64,000 nt of DNA, taken from contig JAVLKG010000012.1 in NCBI GenBank assembly GCA_032128875.1, forward strand, positions 128,001 to 192,000. The letters run 5' to 3'. Under the pieces are notes generated by a model, which did no database searches, was not told the origin of the DNA, and was given only the letters and a program-made list of their open reading frames with translations. Within the stretch, counting starts at the first letter, position 1; every line of letters starts with the position of its first letter. The DNA is from Candidatus Melainabacteria bacterium 17Bon1m. GTDB lineage: Bacteria > Cyanobacteriota > Vampirovibrionia > Obscuribacterales > Obscuribacteraceae. The position numbers and the translations under genes are program-made. This document shows positions 56,908 through 64,000 of this stretch, piece by piece.

Positions 56908-58262
56908 TTCCGCTTTACAAGGGTGCTGACGCCATTGCCTGGCTGAAAAAGATGGCGACTGGTGTCAATGTCGATAGCGAAAACATTCCGGCGCCGCCAC
57001 CATTGACCTCCTCTGCAGGTGGACCGCCCCTGGCGAGTACAAAACACAGTGGCACGTACAGTGCTCTCAGTATCGCGCAGGAAGTCGAACAGATTATCAA
57101 TCATGTACGTCGCGAAGGTGACGCTGCCATCGCGCAATTGGCCGATAGATTTGGTGACACCGTATCTCCTCCCTTGTTTATGGAACAAGAAGGCATTGAT
57201 GCTTTAGCGAAAAATTTGCCGGTTGACACGGTAAGCACAATCGACTTAGCTGCCTCGAGAATAAAAGCATTTGCCGAAGCAACGCTTGCCGCTATCAGAC
57301 CCATTCATGTTTCTTACGAGCGTTTTGATACCGGCTTGAATTTCCGTCCTGTGGGGCGCGTCGCTTGTTATGTCCCTTCCGGACGCTTCCCGCTCACCTC
57401 GACTGCTCTGATGACTGCAATCACCGCCAAGGTTGCGGGTGTGTCTGAAGTGTTTATACTTTCGCCAAATCTCACTGACGAGATACTTTATGCTGGCACC
57501 GTTGCTGGTGTCACCGAATTTCACCAGATTGGCGGTGCGCAGGCAGTTGCTGCTGCAACCTTCGGCACGAAGACGGTCAAAGCTGCCGACATGATCGTTG
57601 GTCCTGGAAATGCGTACGTGACTGAGGCCAAACGTCAGCTTCAAGGGCGTATCGGCATCGACATGCTCGCTGGTCCGAGCGAAATTTGCATCATTGCCGA
57701 TCACGGAAGCAATCCATACTGGTTGGCGCTCGATCTGCTTTCTCAGGCCGAGCACGATCCCGACGCTCGCGCTTTCTTGCTAACCGACGATGAAGCTGTC
57801 GCCACTCAGGTGTTGGCTGAGTTGCCGAAAGTTCGCTCAGAGATTGCCTTGCCTGATTTCATTGATGAGAGTTTGAGCAAGAGTGTGATTTTGGTTTTGC
57901 CGGACATCGTTGCTTGCATCGCTGCAGCGAATAGTATCGCTCCGGAGCATTTGCAATTGCACGTCGCAAAACCTGAAGACTTGCAACCACACTTGGTCAA
58001 CTATGGTGCGCTATTCATTGGCTACAACGCTACTGTGCCCAATGGTGATTATGTTGCCGGACCTAATCACACATTGCCTACAAATAGATCGGCGCGTTTT
58101 GCCGGTGCTCTCAGCCCGTTGACTTTCTTGCGAGCGCAGACCTGGATTCGCGTTCGCTCTAATGCGAATGAATTGCATCAAGAGACTGAGGCATTCGCCA
58201 ATCTAGAGGGTTTGAACGCGCACGCCGCAGCACCCCGCGCGCGTTATATCGACAATCGATAA
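56904..58262 (+). CDS. hisD: Histidinol dehydrogenase
   Basis: GGAQAV, GPGNAYV, IDMLAGPSE, SQAEHD, APEHL, GDYVAGPNHTLPT; ATGA overlap at 56904. Confidence 0.96.
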   Translation: MIPLYKGADAIAWLKKMATGVNVDSENIPAPPPLTSSAGGPPLASTKHSGTYSALSIAQEVEQIINHVRREGDAAIAQLADRFGDTVSPPLFMEQEGIDALAKNLPVDTVSTIDLAASRIKAFAEATLAAIRPIHVSYERFDTGLNFRPVGRVACYVPSGRFPLTSTALMTAITAKVAGVSEVFILSPNLTDEILYAGTVAGVTEFHQIGGAQAVAAATFGTKTVKAADMIVGPGNAYVTEAKRQLQGRIGIDMLAGPSEICIIADHGSNPYWLALDLLSQAEHDPDARAFLLTDDEAVATQVLAELPKVRSEIALPDFIDESLSKSVILVLPDIVACIAAANSIAPEHLQLHVAKPEDLQPHLVNYGALFIGYNATVPNGDYVAGPNHTLPTNRSARFAGALSPLTFLRAQTWIRVRSNANELHQETEAFANLEGLNAHAAAPRARYIDNR

Positions 58263-58437
58263 AGCGTAAAAGCCTACCAAGCACTCCTGTTAAACCATGG
58301 CGCCAACCTTTCATTGAACGCGCGTTTGATTACAGAAGTGTAAGGTTTTCTGTCGTTTGCTCACGCGGGATAGTGGGTATGGAATAGCTACCAAATCTTC
58401 CCGAAATCCGTTTCTTACTTACTAGGAAATACAAATT

Positions 58438-59748
58438 ATGCAAAAGGCTCGCACTTTAGCGCTGCTGCTGGTGTCCATTGCCTGCATTTCTCCGGCAAAT
58501 TCACAAGGAATGATGGAAGGTACTTTCGTTAGAGGTCTCGGCGCAGGGATGGGCGCTGGAACCGCTGCCGGTATGGGGCACGGCAAAGTCGTGCGGCGCA
58601 CGGCCGAATCCCTAATTCAAGCGCAGCAAGCGATGATAGCGCAGACGAAAACAATCGAACAGTATGTTGCATCTGGTATTCAACTGCAAGCCAAAAAGCA
58701 GTGGACCACCGCAGAGCAATATTTTCAGGAAGCATTGAAGGTTATTGCAAAACGAGATGGCCCGGGCAGCCCGAAGAGCGCTCCTGTGCTTGCTCGCCTT
58801 GCTACTGTTGCGAAGAATCAGCATAAATTGGATGAGGCTATCGGTTATCAAAAAACTGTTGTCGCCTTCGCTAACAACGCTAAAGCGCAGAATCCTACCG
58901 CGGCTGTTCAAGCGCAAGTAGAACTTTCAAATCTCTTCATCGACAAAGGCGATCTGCACAACGCAGAAGGTACGCTCAAACAGTCTGCCGATATCGTGCG
59001 GAGTGATCGAAGCATTCCTCCAAAAACGTACTCGACGACTTTGCGAGTATATGGTGAAGTCTTGAGAAAACTCAATAAGAATTCGGAAGCAGATGCGATT
59101 GATGCTGAAATTGCGTCCAAGGGTGGAGAGTCCACCACTGCTGCTTCTGTTGCGAATGTAACTACACCTCAGCCGGCAGCGACTACGACACCGCCCGCGG
59201 TGTCTGCCGACGGAACTGCTGTTTCAACTGCACCTCCTGAAACAGCAGTTCCAGCTGCTTCTTCATCAGCGTCTGCAAGTGCTGCCGCAGCCTCTGCCGC
59301 GCCTGAAGGGACAGCATCCGCTGCACAATCTGCGAACTCTTCTGCCGCAAGTTTAACATCTGCGACCGATGCGGCCAGCGCGACTAGTTCAGGTGGTGAA
59401 ACAGTTCCAGCTGCCGCGACGAATCCACCTGGTGCACTTCTGCCTCCACCAACAGCCGACTGGCCTGTGATGAGTTCTGACGGCAAGATTGTTTCTGAAC
59501 CGGCCGATGCTTCGTCTCAAACTACGACCGCACCCGCGACAGCACCTACGGTAGCACCATCAGCAGGCGCTGCACCAGCATCAGCTCCGGTTGCTGAGTC
59601 CAATGCACAACCGCCCGGCGCCGCTTCTGCCACACCTGCCACCGCGTCGACTGGTAATCCTGAGCCTGGCGCCTCTTCCAGTGCTCAATCGGATTCAGGC
59701 GTCGCCCCTGCGAATGCAGCAGCTTCTGAATCTTCAGAAGGGAAGTGA
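58438..59748 (+). CDS. Secreted TPR protein with Ala/Ser/Thr/Pro-rich tail
   Basis: Signal peptide; TPR-like helices (AEQYFQEAL, AEGTLKQS); ~200-aa low-complexity C-terminus. Confidence 0.7.
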   Translation: MQKARTLALLLVSIACISPANSQGMMEGTFVRGLGAGMGAGTAAGMGHGKVVRRTAESLIQAQQAMIAQTKTIEQYVASGIQLQAKKQWTTAEQYFQEALKVIAKRDGPGSPKSAPVLARLATVAKNQHKLDEAIGYQKTVVAFANNAKAQNPTAAVQAQVELSNLFIDKGDLHNAEGTLKQSADIVRSDRSIPPKTYSTTLRVYGEVLRKLNKNSEADAIDAEIASKGGESTTAASVANVTTPQPAATTTPPAVSADGTAVSTAPPETAVPAASSSASASAAAASAAPEGTASAAQSANSSAASLTSATDAASATSSGGETVPAAATNPPGALLPPPTADWPVMSSDGKIVSEPADASSQTTTAPATAPTVAPSAGAAPASAPVAESNAQPPGAASATPATASTGNPEPGASSSAQSDSGVAPANAAASESSEGK

Positions 59749-59757
59749 TCAAAAGGT

Positions 59758-60855
59758 ATGACAGAATCGACAAGCGAACAGTGGGACCAAGCCGTTGCCG
59801 ATACGCAATTCGATCCATTGCTGGAAGAATTGCCAGAGCAGTACGAGCTTTTGATGAAGGTTCGGCAAGGTGGTATGGGCGCGATTTACCGCGCCCGCAA
59901 CAAGTACACAAATGCTGACTTCGCCATCAAAATTTTGCTGCCGAAGTACGCTGAAGATGAGGACATGCGTCAGCGCTTTATTACGGAAGCGAAGGCCGCG
60001 AGTGCGCTGAAGCATCCTGGAATATGCCAGGTCCGTGACTTTGGTATCACGAAAAGCAAGATGCCATATCTAGTAATGGACTGGTTAGAAGGTATGACGC
60101 TTCATGAGAAGGTTGAGACTCAGGGGCCGCTTGCTGAGCGAGACGCAATCGCTATCTTCATTCAGATTGCTTCTGCAATCGGCCACGCGCACAAGACCAA
60201 GGTGATTCACCGCGACTTAAAGCCCGAGCACGTTGTTTTGTGCAAAAACGAAAATCACGAGCAGAGTGACGTGCGCATTGTCGATTTCGGCATTGCCAAA
60301 TTGATCCACGACGAAAGCGCTCCTGCTCCGAAAGAGGGACTGACCATGGACGGCATGGTCATTGGCACTCCGCTCTACATGAGCCCTCAGCAGATCAAAG
60401 GCGTGAAGCTCGACGGGGCAACGGACATCTATTCACTTGGATGTTTGATGTACTTCACGATGGCTGGTTGTCCACCGTTCGAGGGCGATAATTACATGGA
60501 CGTGATGTACAAGCACGTCAATAATCCTCCCCCGGAGTTTCCGCACGGTGTAAAGGTTTCCGACGATCTCACTCGCGTGATTTTCCGAGCTATGGAAAAG
60601 GAACTCACCGATCGTTACAAGTCGATGGAAGAGGTTATTTCAGAGCTAAAGAAACTAACGAAGGGTGTAAGCGTAGAGCGAAAAGCGCTATCGCACCACC
60701 GAGCTAAAGCGAAGCAAAATTGGATAACAGCTGCCTATTTCGTTGGCGGGTTTATTGCGATGTATTTTGTCTCGATTCTCCTGCAAAACGCATTCGATGC
60801 CGCAGATAGAGGTTCTTCAGCCGAAAAGGCACCCGTCGCTGAAAGAAAGAAATAG
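59758..60855 (+). CDS. Ser/Thr kinase with C-terminal TM segment and non-canonical motifs
   Basis: RQGGMG, AIK, HRDLKPEH, DFG, YMSPQ. Confidence 0.88.
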   Translation: MTESTSEQWDQAVADTQFDPLLEELPEQYELLMKVRQGGMGAIYRARNKYTNADFAIKILLPKYAEDEDMRQRFITEAKAASALKHPGICQVRDFGITKSKMPYLVMDWLEGMTLHEKVETQGPLAERDAIAIFIQIASAIGHAHKTKVIHRDLKPEHVVLCKNENHEQSDVRIVDFGIAKLIHDESAPAPKEGLTMDGMVIGTPLYMSPQQIKGVKLDGATDIYSLGCLMYFTMAGCPPFEGDNYMDVMYKHVNNPPPEFPHGVKVSDDLTRVIFRAMEKELTDRYKSMEEVISELKKLTKGVSVERKALSHHRAKAKQNWITAAYFVGGFIAMYFVSILLQNAFDAADRGSSAEKAPVAERKK

Positions 60856-61055
60856 TAAGAGAGAAACGGCAATTTATGCCAGTTTTTTATCGAGCTCTCT
60901 GATTATTTTTGGCCCGGCAAGCAAACGTGCAAGGGCGCGAAACAGTAATCCTGCCACGCTTTCAGCTCGTGGTGGTTTCACCATTCACAAACTTTCTGCT
61001 GAACCTTAATATCCAGAGAGCACCTCCGGAATCCAGCCCATTTGAGAGGCCCATA

Positions 61056-61817
61056 ATGAATGAACGCGTAGACTTGCGCGTGACAGAAACGGCAGAGGCG
61101 AAACCCTCAGATTCACAAGCGTCTCAAAGCTTTTTTCACGATGCTTACGATTTTGTCGGGCGCCATCCTGTTGCTTCTGCTGTGACAGTGGGTATTGTCG
61201 GAGCCGGCGCTTACGCAGCCTCAAGATATATTCCGTATGCCATGACCCAACGGGCGCTGGCTACTGCCGCTAAGGCATTAAATCCGGAAGACATTCGCAT
61301 AGTCCCCATGACCGCCGAAAACCTCCCTGCCGCAATTGAAGCGGGGAAGGACGGATTTAGATACGGCTGGGGGTTTCTCAATCCTGCCACTGATTTCCAA
61401 GCCGCGCTGACACCGATGGCGACAAAAATTCATGCCGGACAGCGCGAAATGAACGCTCGCTATTTCCTTGCCGTTGACAAAGAAAATCGGGTTTTAGGTA
61501 CTACGGGTCTGTATCAAACAGCTAAAGACCAAGGTGATGCGCTTTGGCTTGGCTGGATGAGTGTCCGCCCAGCCTATAGAGGCAAGGGAATTGGGCAAAA
61601 GTTGTTGGATTTCTCAATTGATGAAGCTAAAAGGTCTAATGTCGATTACTTGAGGCTCTATACCAGCACATACAAGGGCGAAGCCGCCGCGCAGCCGCTC
61701 TATGAGAGAGTCGGCCTGAAGGTCGTCGGCGAGATGAAGCATGAATTGCCGGTACCTGGTTTGAAGTATCTTTTCCGCGAAATGCCTTTAAAGCCGGTCA
61801 AGGCTGCTAGCGCCTAG
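61056..61817 (+). CDS. GNAT acetyltransferase with N-terminal hydrophobic segment
   Basis: VRPAYRGKGIGQKLL, LYERVG; GAGAGG RBS before ATG 61056. Confidence 0.8.
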   Translation: MNERVDLRVTETAEAKPSDSQASQSFFHDAYDFVGRHPVASAVTVGIVGAGAYAASRYIPYAMTQRALATAAKALNPEDIRIVPMTAENLPAAIEAGKDGFRYGWGFLNPATDFQAALTPMATKIHAGQREMNARYFLAVDKENRVLGTTGLYQTAKDQGDALWLGWMSVRPAYRGKGIGQKLLDFSIDEAKRSNVDYLRLYTSTYKGEAAAQPLYERVGLKVVGEMKHELPVPGLKYLFREMPLKPVKAASA

Positions 61818-61964
61818 TCTGTTTAATCTTGAACACTCCAGTTTTCCCGAAACCTTAAGCACTGTGTGCTCTTCGGGAACCCGTGGCACTTGAGGGCGGT
61901 CCAACCCGTTGTAGATACGACCGAGAATCTTTGGGCTTTCAGCTCATCGGGAAGGAGACCAGCA

Positions 61965-62177
61965 ATGGCAAAGAAAAAGAACCGCGGTAAAGAAGGAAGC
62001 GGACACGAACGTGACCACGAACGCGTTAAGGACGTGACTGAAGCCGGCGATATCGGCGATGAGCAAAATCCTGCCGGCGAGATTAAAACAGACAAGGCTG
62101 CTTGGAACTACAAAGCAGATAAGGTCAAAGAGGACGATACTCCGGATGAGTTGAAAGACTTCATCTCGTCGTTCTAG
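61965..62177 (+). CDS. Small highly charged protein (70 aa)
   Basis: AAGGAG RBS before ATG 61965; MAKKKNRG...DELKDFISSF. Confidence 0.6.
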   Translation: MAKKKNRGKEGSGHERDHERVKDVTEAGDIGDEQNPAGEIKTDKAAWNYKADKVKEDDTPDELKDFISSF

Positions 62178-62195
62178 AGTGCGTGAACCAGTGCC

Positions 62196-62906
62196 TTACT
62201 GAAAGTTATGGCGCTGCTGCCGTGTCAGAGACTGCCCGGGCGGGACTATCGCTAGCCCGGGCTCTTTTGTATCGCCCCAGATTATTGCGTTGACGTATGG
62301 GATTTTATTCTGGCGCAACTGTGCGTCCATTGCGTCTACCATCGCAATGTTCTGCTGCGCTTTCGTTTCGGGCTTGAATGTCGAACCGGCGGCGATCATC
62401 ACACCTGCCATCGCTGACTGCAGATTCATCCATTCTGGTTGCGTCAAGTCGATATTGCCGCCTTTGCGTTTCATCGTGTCGCTCATTATGTCGGCTAGTT
62501 GTTTGCCTACTTGCTCTGGAGTCGCAGGTGGAATAGCCACCAGGCTGTCGCCGATACGTCCCATTGCTTTGAATGTTTCGCGATCGAATTGATACACGCC
62601 CTGCATGCGCTCTTGAAACTTCGCAAAGCGCGCAGGATCATTCACTGAGTCGTTGTACAGTTTGCCAAGTCGACCAAACCCGTCGACAAATTCCTGCCTG
62701 CGCTGTGCTATTGCATCAGACTGCGAGGAATTGTCCGCGACCATTAGCTTGAAGCCATCGTTCTGGACGTAAGTGTTGTTTTGGGCTCCACTGAGCAATT
62801 TGATGTCGGACAGATTGGCGTTCACCAATCCGGCTTCTACCGGTGCCGTCTGCCCGCGTGTTGCAACAGAATGGTCTCCAGCATCAGCGTGCGTTGTTAT
62901 TGCCAT
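62196..62906 (-). CDS. Hypothetical protein
   Basis: Long ORF with no recognised motif; start is 62906 or 62939. Confidence 0.55.
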   Translation of the reverse strand: MAITTHADAGDHSVATRGQTAPVEAGLVNANLSDIKLLSGAQNNTYVQNDGFKLMVADNSSQSDAIAQRRQEFVDGFGRLGKLYNDSVNDPARFAKFQERMQGVYQFDRETFKAMGRIGDSLVAIPPATPEQVGKQLADIMSDTMKRKGGNIDLTQPEWMNLQSAMAGVMIAAGSTFKPETKAQQNIAMVDAMDAQLRQNKIPYVNAIIWGDTKEPGLAIVPPGQSLTRQQRHNFQ

Positions 62907-63203
62907 TTTTAGAACCTGAGAGGAAGGGGTCGAAATCATCCCCGCACCGACGTTGAGTCAGCGTGAATAAATTATGCCTTCGAGGAGATTCGTCTGAGCC
63001 TAGATTCTCACCAAACGTCATGAACGAACATACGGTATACACGAAAAGCTAATTAAACCTCAAAAGCTTTTTTCACGCTCAAAGTCTGCACAATTCAACA
63101 GTCAAAAGCTTGAACGTCAAACCTAGAATGCTCACAACCTTCCGCTGCTCGAACAATATGGTTTCACTTTGTGGTTTCACCTTCTCTAATTCGAGGACGT
63201 AAA

Positions 63204-63932
63204 ATGAGCGACTGGCACGGACCCGGGACACTCTTTTCCCGTTGGCATTCGCTTTCCCGAATTCACTTATTCGTTGCGTTCATGATGGTTGCATTCTGTC
63301 CTCTTGCGCTTGTCTCGGCTCGTCCGTTAGAGTTTATCCTCTCCCTTCTATTGTGCGCACGCGTTTTTTACCTGATTGGAAAACACTTTGGAGATTCGGC
63401 TGGAGTTGCGATGGTTGGTGCGATTGGTGAAGACGAGGTTGCTGCAGCGCTCAAGCAACTGCCAGCCTCGTGGAAGGTCGAACGCAACATCCCTCTCGAA
63501 AGCGGCGGCGATATCGACTTCTTGCTCACGTCGCCGCAGAACAACATTTTTCTCTTGGATGCAAAAGCCCATTCTGGCATCGTTTACTATGACGGAATGC
63601 GTCTATGTCGCAAGATTGGCAAGCGAAGCGTGCCTTTCGAGAAGGATGTTATGTCGCAGGTGAAGCGCCAGGCGGTTCAAATAAGAACCCAGCGGAAATT
63701 GCCTTTCGTCTCGACAGTGCTCGTTTTCACTCGCGCAGAAGTTCAGTCCCCACAAGAAATCGGTCTTGTAAGCGTAGTTGGGCTGAACAATCTGGTAGCG
63801 CATTTGCAAGAAAAAACCGCCATGCCCAGACCGAAGGTCCTGGTCCGCAATCATCTCAAATTAATAGCGCAGCAAAGAGAGCAAGCTGAAAGCTTGAAAA
63901 AAGAAGAGCTGCAAATTGAGATCGCGGAATGA
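63204..63932 (+). CDS. NERD-domain (PD-(D/E)xK nuclease-related) membrane protein
   Basis: Two TM segments, then GAIGEDEV...DIDFLL...LLDAK...QVKRQA. Confidence 0.8.
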   Translation: MSDWHGPGTLFSRWHSLSRIHLFVAFMMVAFCPLALVSARPLEFILSLLLCARVFYLIGKHFGDSAGVAMVGAIGEDEVAAALKQLPASWKVERNIPLESGGDIDFLLTSPQNNIFLLDAKAHSGIVYYDGMRLCRKIGKRSVPFEKDVMSQVKRQAVQIRTQRKLPFVSTVLVFTRAEVQSPQEIGLVSVVGLNNLVAHLQEKTAMPRPKVLVRNHLKLIAQQREQAESLKKEELQIEIAE

Positions 63933-64000
63933 AAGAAATCACGTCTGATTCCTGGGTATGTATTGAAAGACCAAGGCAAGGGCTGTGAGTGACTGATTCC

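Overview
A 64-kb bacterial chromosomal window with no rRNA, tRNA, CRISPR or prophage that I can see. The gene content (many Zn-ribbon Ser/Thr kinases, tandem MshEN-like proteins, DUF1800/DUF1501, GTP-PEPCK, Delta-9 desaturase) suggests Vampirovibrionia/Melainabacteria (Obscuribacterales-like); this taxonomy is inference only. Best-supported highlights: (1) a seven-gene his operon with two fusions (HisC plus a HAD phosphatase; HisA-HisI-HisE), preceded by a 25-aa His7 leader peptide that the ORF track misses and a complete attenuator with mutually exclusive hairpins; (2) a RAYT/TnpA-REP transposase with mirror-symmetric flanking palindromes, a 3 x 27-bp REP-derived array, and a second dispersed REP family; (3) a recurring ECF-sigma-like promoter, TTGAAC-N17-CGT, upstream of four unrelated genes; (4) a divergent pair of Gly-rich membrane-segment proteins ending in atypical kinase-like domains (effector/toxin-like); (5) degenerate signalling proteins (His-less histidine kinase, I-site-only GGDEF with a twin-hairpin leader, altered Ser/Thr kinase) and two stand-alone tandem MshEN-like paralogues; (6) a methyl-accepting coiled-coil kinase with CheR but no CheB, and an orphan emfourin-like inhibitor with a possible signal peptide. 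All family assignments come from motif recognition by eye; no searches were run.
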